This document shows, in pieces, positions 10,827 through 18,363 of a stretch of 64,000 nt of DNA; position 1 is the stretch's first letter, and every line of letters begins with the position of its first letter. This stretch comes from Candidatus Multivoradales bacterium (GTDB taxonomy: Bacteria; Acidobacteriota; Thermoanaerobaculia; Multivoradales; Multivoraceae), in the NCBI GenBank assembly GCA_965223325.1, contig CBDCWI010000002.1, forward strand, positions 704,001 to 768,000, written 5' to 3'. The translations under genes and the position numbers were made by a program. The notes below the pieces were generated by a model. That model worked only from the letters and a program-made list of their open reading frames with translations, made no database searches and was not told the DNA's origin.

Positions 10827-10864
10827 CCCCTCTGAAGACCCCTTTGAAGACCCCTCTGAAGACC
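10827..10864. repeat. 12-bp tandem repeat x3 (CCCCTYTGAAGA) in the divergent MFS/rarD intergenic region
   Basis: CCCCTCTGAAGA (10827), CCCCTTTGAAGA (10839), CCCCTCTGAAGA (10851), read directly from the sequence. Confidence 0.85.
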
Positions 10865-10869
10865 GCTGT

Positions 10870-11787
10870 GTGACGACCACCGTGAACACCACTCGCATCT
10901 CTCGCCCTGGCGCCCTCTTCGCGCTCCTTGCCTACGTCGGCTGGGGCATCGCTCCCCTGTTCTGGAAGCTGATCGCCGACCTCCCCGCCGTTTCGATGTT
11001 GGCGCAGCGGGTCCTCTGGGCGATGTTGGTTTTCTGGATCATCACGATGGTCTCGCGGCGCACGAGGGAAGTGCGCGATTGCCTCACCGCCCGTCGCCTC
11101 GCCCCCCTGATCGCCAGCGCCGTCCTGTTGTCGATCAACTGGTTCACCTTCCTCTGGTGCGTGATCACCGAGCGGGTGCTCGAAGCCAGCCTGGGCTACT
11201 TCCTGACTCCGCTGGTCAACGTTGCCTTCGGAATGATCTTTCTCGGCGAGCGTCTACGCACCGCCCAATGGCTGGCGGTGGCCTTGGCGGCGACCGGGGT
11301 CTTCATTTTCGCCACTCAGGCAGCCGATCCACCCTGGCTGGCCCTGGTCCTGGCAGTCAGCTTCGGTCTCTACGGCCTGATCCGCAAGTCCGTCGCCACC
11401 GAAACCCTGGCAGCCGGAACCATCGAAACGACTCTCATGCTGCCGGTCGCCGCAGTCCTCCTGGTGGCCGGCGAACGCCTCGGTCTGGCCTCAGCCTGGG
11501 CTTCGGCAACCAGCTTTCAACAGTTCCTCCTGGTGGTCAGCGGCCTGGTGACCGCCCTCCCCCTCCTCTGGTTCGCCGCCGCAGCCCGCCGCCTACCACT
11601 CTCCACCCTCGGCTTCTTCCAGTACATCGCCCCGACCTCTCAGTTTCTCCTCGCCGTCCTGGTTTTCGGCGAAGCCTTCGGCCGCGTTCAACTCACCTGT
11701 TTCCTCTTCATCTGGAGCGCAGTCCTCGTCTTCGCCGCCGACACCCAGATCGCCGAACGCCGCTCCGCCACCATGGCCGCCATCTAG
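10870..11787 (+). CDS. rarD: EamA family transporter RarD
   Basis: AYVGWGIAPLFWK, EASLGYFLTPLVNV, SFGLYGLIRK, LSTLGFFQYIAPT. Confidence 0.9.
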   Translation: MTTTVNTTRISRPGALFALLAYVGWGIAPLFWKLIADLPAVSMLAQRVLWAMLVFWIITMVSRRTREVRDCLTARRLAPLIASAVLLSINWFTFLWCVITERVLEASLGYFLTPLVNVAFGMIFLGERLRTAQWLAVALAATGVFIFATQAADPPWLALVLAVSFGLYGLIRKSVATETLAAGTIETTLMLPVAAVLLVAGERLGLASAWASATSFQQFLLVVSGLVTALPLLWFAAAARRLPLSTLGFFQYIAPTSQFLLAVLVFGEAFGRVQLTCFLFIWSAVLVFAADTQIAERRSATMAAI

Positions 11788-11909
11788 CCAACCACCTCCA
11801 CTCCACCGCACCCTCCGTCACGCCAACGCCCAGGTCGCGAGGACACGCCAGAGCCTCTCCCCGAGGTGACCGACCGCGAGTTCTAGAGGGACGGAGCGTC
11901 CTTCCATAT

Positions 11910-11961
11910 GACAGGCTCCTGTCTTCTTGACAGCTCTCTGTCATTTCGACATACTTCTGTC
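11910..11961 (+). promoter_or_regulatory. Three palindromic GACAG-N4-CTGTC operator boxes (19-bp period) overlapping a sigma70-like promoter of marR
   Basis: Boxes start at 11910, 11929 and 11948. TTGACA 11927-11932, 17-bp spacer, CATACT 11950-11955, ATG 7 nt further on. Confidence 0.75.
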
Positions 11962-11962
11962 C

Positions 11963-12508
11963 ATGACGGACGCACGACCCCTCAGCGCCCCCCGCCGGGC
12001 TGTCGCCGATCCCACGATCGGCTCGCTGATGCGTGAGACCTCCAGCCTCAACGGCCGCTTCCAGGAAGCCTCCGAGCGCGCCGGCCGACTCGGCGGCCTC
12101 AGCTTCGCCCACTGGCAAGTCGTCGCCGAGGTCGCGCCCCGCCCCTACACCGTCGCCCAGGTCGCCAGGCGCCTCAACCTCGCCCGTCAAAGCGTCCAGC
12201 GCACCGTCGACCTCCTGGTGCGCGACGGCTACCTCGAGCTCCGCCCCAACCCCGACCACCGCACCTCGCTCCTCGTCACCCCCACTGAAACCGGCCGTCT
12301 GGCCCTCGACACCGCAGCCCATGCCCAGGTCGAGTGGACTCGCCAGCTCGCCGAAACCGTCAACCCACCAGAAGTCGAGGCGGCCGTCGATCTGATGCGG
12401 CAGATCAGCCATCGCCTCGACCAGATCGAGATCGAGCTCGCGCTCCCCGAAAACGACCTCGCCGACCCGACCTCGAACGACGAAAGAACGTCGCAAGGAG
12501 ATAAGTAG
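11963..12508 (+). CDS. MarR family transcriptional regulator
   Basis: TVAQVARRLNLARQSVQRTVDLLVRDGYLELRPNPDHR winged HTH. Confidence 0.88.
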   Translation: MTDARPLSAPRRAVADPTIGSLMRETSSLNGRFQEASERAGRLGGLSFAHWQVVAEVAPRPYTVAQVARRLNLARQSVQRTVDLLVRDGYLELRPNPDHRTSLLVTPTETGRLALDTAAHAQVEWTRQLAETVNPPEVEAAVDLMRQISHRLDQIEIELALPENDLADPTSNDERTSQGDK

Positions 12509-12874
12509 ATGTCACGAGTGACCCTGATCAACCCGTTCGAAGTCGAGGCGAGTCGCGAACTCGAGTTCCTCGGCTACTGGCAACAGGCGATGAACTTCCT
12601 CAAACGTCGCCCCGGCTTTCTCGAGTCGGAACTCGTTCGAGCGCGTGACCCCCACGCCCGCTTTCGGTTCACCAGTCTGCAGACCTGGAACTCAGCAGAT
12701 GACTTTCACCGTGCCATCCAGCACCCGGACTTCGTGACCATCCTCGATCGGATGCCCTTCCCCCACTACGCCACTCTCTACGAACCCTTCCTCAAAGCCC
12801 ACCCCGACCCGGGACCGCTTCGCCCGCCAGTCTCCGACCAGGCAGCCAGCGCTTCCGCCCATCCCCCAGCCTGA
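12509..12874 (+). CDS. Antibiotic biosynthesis monooxygenase (ABM) family protein
   Basis: VTLINPFEV, RRPGF, WNSADDFHRA. Abuts the marR stop codon. Confidence 0.8.
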   Translation: MSRVTLINPFEVEASRELEFLGYWQQAMNFLKRRPGFLESELVRARDPHARFRFTSLQTWNSADDFHRAIQHPDFVTILDRMPFPHYATLYEPFLKAHPDPGPLRPPVSDQAASASAHPPA

Positions 12875-12961
12875 GGCTCCCACCCCCTTGCAGCACCCGA
12901 TCTAGAACCAGACCCGCTACGCGCTCGTTGGGCACCCAGAGCCGCGTACACGATCCCCTTG

Positions 12962-12997
12962 CCCCCGCTGGCCATCGTGGCCACGGGGGTTTCTTTT
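12962..12997 (+). terminator. Rho-independent terminator
   Basis: CCCCCG(C)TGGCCA-tcg-TGGCCACGGGGG followed by TTTCTTTT, between convergent genes. Confidence 0.65.
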
Positions 12998-13017
12998 CTC
13001 GCGCCACCCGACAAGCG

Positions 13018-14586
13018 CTAGGAACGCGCAGCGCCGCGCAGCTCGCGGCGCAGAATCTTGCCCACCCCGCTCTTGGGCAGCGCGTCCACGAACTGAATGG
13101 CGGAAGGTGCCTTGAAGGGCATGGTGTGCTCCTTCACGAACCCGACGAGCTCGGCCTCTGTCGCTTGGGCGCCGCCCTTGAGGGCCACGAAGCCCACGAC
13201 CTTTTCACCATAGGTCTCATCCGGCGCGCCGACAATGGCAGCCTCGGCGACCGCGGGATGCTGATAGAGAATGCTTTCGAGCTCGGCCGGGTAGATGTTC
13301 TCGCCGCCTTTGATGATCATGTCCTTCTTGCGGTCAACGATGAACAGAAAACCTTCTTCGTCGAGATACCCCACGTCGCCGGTGTGCAGCCAGCCGCCCT
13401 GAATGGCCTCGGCTGTCGCCTCGGGACGGTTCATGTACCCCATCATGACGGTCGGCCCCTTGAGAACCACTTCACCACGCTCCCCCGCCGGCAGGACCGC
13501 GCCAGAATCGTCGACGATGCGAAGTTCAGTCTCCGAGTACGCGCGCCCCGCCGAGCCGGGCCTGTACGCGTCGGACGGGCGATTGGCGCTCGCGATGCCG
13601 GCGCTTTCGGTCATGCCATAGATCTCACGCAACCGGCAGCCGTAGCGCGCGGCGAAGGCGTTGGCCAGTTCCACCGGCAACGGCGCCGCCCCGCAAACGA
13701 CCTCTTCAAGACTCGACAGGTCGTACTCGGCGTTCTTCGGATGGTTGAGAATCAGCGCCAGCATCGTCGGCACCGCCGGCATCGAACTGCAGCGGTGCTC
13801 CTCGACGAGGGCCATGAAACGCTCGGGCTCGAACCAGCTCATTTGCACCATGTAGCCATCTGCCAGACGCTCGGGCACCAGGTAGCCACCGTTCATCACC
13901 CCGACTCCGAAGATGTGGGCCATCGGCATCGCAGAGATGCTGATGCGCGGAGCCTCGAGCGTCTCGAGCTCGGCAGCATCGGCCGACTGACGCGCAGAAG
14001 CGATCAGGTTTCCATGCGACAGCATGGCGCCCTTCGGTCGGCCCGTGGTGCCCGAGGTGTACAGCATGAGCGCGAGATCGTCTTCGGGAATCTCCGGCAG
14101 CTCGGTGCGCGGTTGGTGAGCGAGGAGCTCGGCCAGCGAAACTTCCGTCACTGCCCGGGCCAGGGACTCTCCGCCGTCACTCGTGACGTTCTTGGCATCG
14201 CGGATCACGATCAGCTCGATCGCGGGAAGCTCCTGGGCCACCTGACGCACCTTCTCCAGGTTCGCCGCATCGGTGAACACGCAACGGGCTCGCGTGTCGT
14301 CGAGAATGAACTGCAACTCTGGCGGCGCCAGCTGTGGCATCACCGGCAGCGCCGCGGCACCGGTGCGAAAGACACCCTGGAAGACCGGGTAGACGTCCGG
14401 GTGGTTCGTCAGACACAACGCCGCGATATCGCCGCGGCCAATGCCCCGTTCCGCGAGACCGGCGTGCAGCCGCCGTGCACGCTCCAGGAACTGCTTGTTG
14501 GAGTAACTCTCGCCCTCGAAGACCAACGTTCGGCGTTCTCCGAGGCGCTCGAGCGAGCTTTCGGCGAGCGTCGCCAGATTGTTCAT
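13018..14586 (-). CDS. Long-chain acyl-CoA synthetase (AMP-binding)
   Basis: YTSGTTGRPKG, YGMTES, WLHTGD, DRKKDMIIKGGENIYPAE, PKSGVGKI. ATGA overlap with the upstream gene. Confidence 0.92.
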   Translation of the reverse strand: MNNLATLAESSLERLGERRTLVFEGESYSNKQFLERARRLHAGLAERGIGRGDIAALCLTNHPDVYPVFQGVFRTGAAALPVMPQLAPPELQFILDDTRARCVFTDAANLEKVRQVAQELPAIELIVIRDAKNVTSDGGESLARAVTEVSLAELLAHQPRTELPEIPEDDLALMLYTSGTTGRPKGAMLSHGNLIASARQSADAAELETLEAPRISISAMPMAHIFGVGVMNGGYLVPERLADGYMVQMSWFEPERFMALVEEHRCSSMPAVPTMLALILNHPKNAEYDLSSLEEVVCGAAPLPVELANAFAARYGCRLREIYGMTESAGIASANRPSDAYRPGSAGRAYSETELRIVDDSGAVLPAGERGEVVLKGPTVMMGYMNRPEATAEAIQGGWLHTGDVGYLDEEGFLFIVDRKKDMIIKGGENIYPAELESILYQHPAVAEAAIVGAPDETYGEKVVGFVALKGGAQATEAELVGFVKEHTMPFKAPSAIQFVDALPKSGVGKILRRELRGAARS

Positions 14587-16220
14587 GGGCCAGCTGCCTC
14601 GGCGAGCGCGGGGGCGTCTTTGGCTACCCAATTGCCATGGAACCCGAGTGGAAAGTGGTTGCCCGTCCACACCCGGGCGGCAAAATCGAGTGTTTCTGCG
14701 TCGCGAATCTCGAGAAAGTTCTCATCGCGCGGCGCGTCATAGCCCTGCACCAGGAGCCAGCCGTCGACTTCATCCTTGGCGCTCTGGCGTGCAACGAAAA
14801 CCGTCTCGCCAAACGCACGTCCCGAACCAGCTTCGACCCGGTCGGCGCTCTTCTTGTGCAGGTCATGACGCACCAAAGCGGTCAAAGCGAACTGATCGTC
14901 TGGAATGGTGCTCTCCATCGTGTAGAGATAGCGCGCATCCTGACCGACGTGCCGGGTGTTGAAGCGTGGGAACTCCTGATCGTTCTCGAGCTCGGTACGG
15001 CTCGCGACCTGACCGCTCTCGAGGTCGAGCTCGAGACGTGTCAAGCGGGGTTCATCCGCCGGCGGTAGCTTGTCGTTGGCAAACGAGTGCAGGAGCTCGA
15101 GCACGCTGTCGTCGCGGGTCAGAATGGTGTCGACCACCAGGAGGCGCTCGCGCTCGAAGGCATTGCCATTGTGGAACACCATGTTGGCCGGCTGCTCGAA
15201 GACCTGCGGCTCACCAGTCCCGTCGCGCCGCAGCACCAGGAAGCGAGTCGGTTCCTGCTCGAGGTATCGCAGCGCGTCGGCGACGTTGGTCTTGCCGGCC
15301 AGGAGCACCGGCAGGTCGAAACTCACCGGCGGAATGACGAACACGATGTGGTTCTTGGTCAAGAGCATGTCGTGGATCATGAAGTAGCGCGACTGGGGCA
15401 CCGAGTGGAGTGTCTCGAGAGTGCCGTCGGGCTTCATCTTGAAGACCGTCAAGGAGAAGCCTGGCCCCTGCGCGATGCCGTAACCGTAAGTCTCGCCGGT
15501 GGTCGGGTCGTGTTTCGGATGGGCGGTGAAGGGGATGTAGGGCGGCAAGGTGCCGTGAAAATCCCATCGACCCTGGAAGGCGAAGGTCTCTGGGTCGATC
15601 GCCGTCGGATGGCCGCCTTCGGAGAGACCCAGCAGGCGGCCGTCCCAGGCGATGACATTGACGTTGGGCTGGTTCTTGAACAGCACCCGCTCCATCGGAC
15701 GGGCTGGCTCCTGGGAGCCAGTGGCGGCTTCGACCCGTGCTGCGGGTGGGAGAGTGCCGAACTCGGCGTACAACATCTCGCCCGCCTCGAGCTCGGCCTG
15801 GCGCTCGGGTGTGGGTACAAAACCGGCGCGCAGGGAGACCTTGCCGTCCTCGATCTTGAAAGCGGACACGAAGGGATCGCCGTCGAAGAGGTGCTGCAGC
15901 TCGGTGCCATGGTTCTCGCTCTGGCCGGGCGCGATACGAAACAGGGTGCCGGCGAGATCGGTCGGCACACGGCCCTCGACCTCACTGAGCTGCCATCGGC
16001 CTTCGGCACCGGCAGTGCGGTTGGCCATCCAACTCAGGCGACGGGGACTCTCTGCCAGGGCTCGGGTGACGAACTGCGGGTCGAGACAGCCCAGCGCACC
16101 GAGCACCGAAACCAGACCGGCGAAATCGCGGCGCGTCATGCCGGAGGTGCTCTGGGTCCGACACGAGGGAAAGGGAATGGACCGACGGTGCCCGATGTTG
16201 AAGGATTCGTTACGCGGCAT
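14583..16220 (-). CDS. Carotenoid oxygenase (RPE65/CCD) family protein with twin-arginine signal
   Basis: HLFDGD; four Fe-ligand His motifs FTAHPK, FMIHD, VFHNGNA, LGFHG; EFPR; N-terminal TRRDF...ALA. Confidence 0.88.
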   Translation of the reverse strand: MPRNESFNIGHRRSIPFPSCRTQSTSGMTRRDFAGLVSVLGALGCLDPQFVTRALAESPRRLSWMANRTAGAEGRWQLSEVEGRVPTDLAGTLFRIAPGQSENHGTELQHLFDGDPFVSAFKIEDGKVSLRAGFVPTPERQAELEAGEMLYAEFGTLPPAARVEAATGSQEPARPMERVLFKNQPNVNVIAWDGRLLGLSEGGHPTAIDPETFAFQGRWDFHGTLPPYIPFTAHPKHDPTTGETYGYGIAQGPGFSLTVFKMKPDGTLETLHSVPQSRYFMIHDMLLTKNHIVFVIPPVSFDLPVLLAGKTNVADALRYLEQEPTRFLVLRRDGTGEPQVFEQPANMVFHNGNAFERERLLVVDTILTRDDSVLELLHSFANDKLPPADEPRLTRLELDLESGQVASRTELENDQEFPRFNTRHVGQDARYLYTMESTIPDDQFALTALVRHDLHKKSADRVEAGSGRAFGETVFVARQSAKDEVDGWLLVQGYDAPRDENFLEIRDAETLDFAARVWTGNHFPLGFHGNWVAKDAPALAEAAGP

Positions 16221-16389
16221 GCTGCCTCCTTTGTCCGGCTGAAAGAAACCTGCTGATCGAAAAGCACTGCCGACTGACGGACGGTGCGGCCGGCCAACGG
16301 TTAGAGTCGGCTCGATCCCGAGAGGGCCTACGCACCCCTCGCGACCCAAACAGTCTCTCACCCCTCGCAAGATAGCTGGAGTTTCTCAG

Positions 16390-16638
16390 ATGGTCCGACT
16401 CTACTTCGATCGTTCTTGTCCCTTCTGCCAACGCGTGTTGCGCTACCTCGACTCCACCGAGATCGAGTGGGAGGCGCGCGAGCTTTCGACCCGTCAGGAC
16501 TCCGACAACCGCAACGAGCTCATCGAGCTCGGCGGGAAATCTCAGGTGCCGTTTCTGGTCGACGACAGCCGCGACGTCAAGATGTACGAGAGCGGCGACA
16601 TCATCGACTACCTCGAAGAGCACTACGCCGCCGCTTGA
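16390..16638 (+). CDS. Glutaredoxin / GST N-terminal domain protein
   Basis: CPFC, GGKSQVPFLVD, MYESGDIIDYL. Confidence 0.85.
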   Translation: MVRLYFDRSCPFCQRVLRYLDSTEIEWEARELSTRQDSDNRNELIELGGKSQVPFLVDDSRDVKMYESGDIIDYLEEHYAAA

Positions 16639-16788
16639 GGGCAGAACCGCCCGCACCACGCGGGGCTGTGGGGTGGGCTACACTGCCGATCCCTTTGTGA
16701 CCGACTGATTGCGCAGAGCACACTGCCTACCAGGCCGCCGCACGGCTGCCTCGAGGGCCATCGTGTGCATGCTGGAAGGAGCTTTTCG

Positions 16789-17787
16789 ATGACCAGAACC
16801 CGCCAGGTCCACCTCGCCGCCCGCCCCGAAGGCCGTCCCGATCCGAGCCACTTCAAAGTCGTCGAGATGGACTTGCCCGAACCGGGCGACGGCGAATTCC
16901 TGGTCGAGAACGAGTTCATGACGGTCGATCCGTACATGCGAGGCCGCATGCGGGACGTCAAATCGTACGTGCCACCCTTCCAGATCGACGAAGTCCTCGA
17001 CGGCGGCTCGGTGGGGCGCATTGTCAGTTCCAACAACCCCGACTGGAAAGAGGGCGAGTGGGTTCTCGGAGGCCAGGGCTGGCGCGAGCACTACATCAGT
17101 GACGGCACCGGCCAGCGCAAGATCGATCCGGAGATCGCTCCCCCTTCGGCCTACCTGGGCGTTCTGGGAATGCCGGGCATGACGGCCTACATCGGCCTGC
17201 TCGACCTCGGTGAGCCCAAAGAAGGCGAAACGGTCTTCGTCTCCGGCGCCGCCGGTGCGGTCGGCAGCGTCGTCGGCCAGATCGCCAAGATCAAGGGTTG
17301 CCACGTTGCCGGTAGCGCCGGCTCGGCTGACAAGGTCAAACACCTCATCGACGATCTCGGCTTCGACAGTGCCTTCAACTACAAAGACGGCGATCTGCAC
17401 AAACAGCTCGCCACCGCCTGCCCCAATGGCATCGACATCTACTTCGAAAACGTCGGCGGGCCGATGCTCGAAGCGGTGCTGATGCACATGAAGCCCTTCG
17501 GTCGAATCCCGGTGTGCGGAATGATCTCGCAGTACAACGCGACCGAGCCGGTCCCCGGGCCGAAGACCATCATTCAGGTCATTCCCAACCGCCTCAAGAT
17601 CCAGGGCTTCATCGTCTCCGACCATTTTGACCGGCTCCCTGAGTTCACCCGCGATGTCGCCGGCTGGATCAGGGAAGGCAAGATCAAGGCCCGCGAGACC
17701 ACCTTCGAAGGCATCGAGAAGGCACCCGATGCCTTCATCGGCCTGTTCTCCGGGGAGAACCTGGGGAAGATGCTCGTCAAGTTGTAG
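16789..17787 (+). CDS. NADP-dependent oxidoreductase (PTGR/CurA-like MDR family)
   Basis: VDPYMRGRM, GMPGMTAY, VSGAAGAVGS, YFENVGG, CGMISQYN, GENLGK. GGAAGGAG RBS. Confidence 0.9.
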   Translation: MTRTRQVHLAARPEGRPDPSHFKVVEMDLPEPGDGEFLVENEFMTVDPYMRGRMRDVKSYVPPFQIDEVLDGGSVGRIVSSNNPDWKEGEWVLGGQGWREHYISDGTGQRKIDPEIAPPSAYLGVLGMPGMTAYIGLLDLGEPKEGETVFVSGAAGAVGSVVGQIAKIKGCHVAGSAGSADKVKHLIDDLGFDSAFNYKDGDLHKQLATACPNGIDIYFENVGGPMLEAVLMHMKPFGRIPVCGMISQYNATEPVPGPKTIIQVIPNRLKIQGFIVSDHFDRLPEFTRDVAGWIREGKIKARETTFEGIEKAPDAFIGLFSGENLGKMLVKL

Positions 17788-18363
17788 CGAGGGGCGCGGT
17801 CGTCAACGATTTGGTCGTCGGTTGGCGTACCTCGAGCAAGATGCATGGTTGGCGTTCGTACCACACCCCTCGCTACAGTCACCCTTGCGGCGATCGCGGT
17901 CCGGTGTGTCGGCCGCCTTCGTGGGCGCTCGCCCTGCAGGTGCGTCTTTGGACTTTGAAGGTCCGGCGCGCGCCGCGGATTCTTGGCTTCGTTGCCGCGC
18001 TCTACGCGTCCGGAAATGGAGTCCTTTCGCATCGTGCCTGCTGACCTTGAGGGAACAGTGCGCGTCGCGGGTTCTGGCCTTCGTTGCCACGCTCTGCGCG
18101 TCCGGACATGGAGTCCTTGTGCATCGCAAATGAAGGAGTGCGTTCGGGGCAACTAACCAACCCGGCCGCGGCGGCGGGCAGCACACTCCGGCGAAAAGGT
18201 GTCAACCGGCCGTTCGCCAGGAAACCCATGCTCCCTACGCGTTCTCACGATCCACGTTTCATCGAAGGCAAGAATCCGCGGCGCGCGCTCGAACCCTCGA
18301 ACGCCAAAGACGCGCCGGCAGGGCGAGCGCCCACAAAGGCCGCCCCCACAACGGACCGCTTGG
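17783..18363. repeat. Composite REP/BIME-like element: GTAG hairpin, about 115-bp inverted arms and a 69-bp direct repeat; the right arm continues after the intron at 20273-20287
   Basis: 18-bp inverted repeat 17783-17800/17860-17877. Arm 17878-17991 is the reverse complement of 18263-18359 plus 20270-20287. Direct repeat 17966-18034/18058-18126. Confidence 0.8.

Noticed and set aside
12928-14742. Long antisense ORFs (also 802..2043, 15087..16256, 47339..48598, 57476..58933 and others)
   Set aside because: Shadow ORFs expected at high GC opposite genes with clear family motifs.
17783-18363. CRISPR array
   Set aside because: Only two direct copies plus inverted arms, no repeat-spacer periodicity, and no cas genes.
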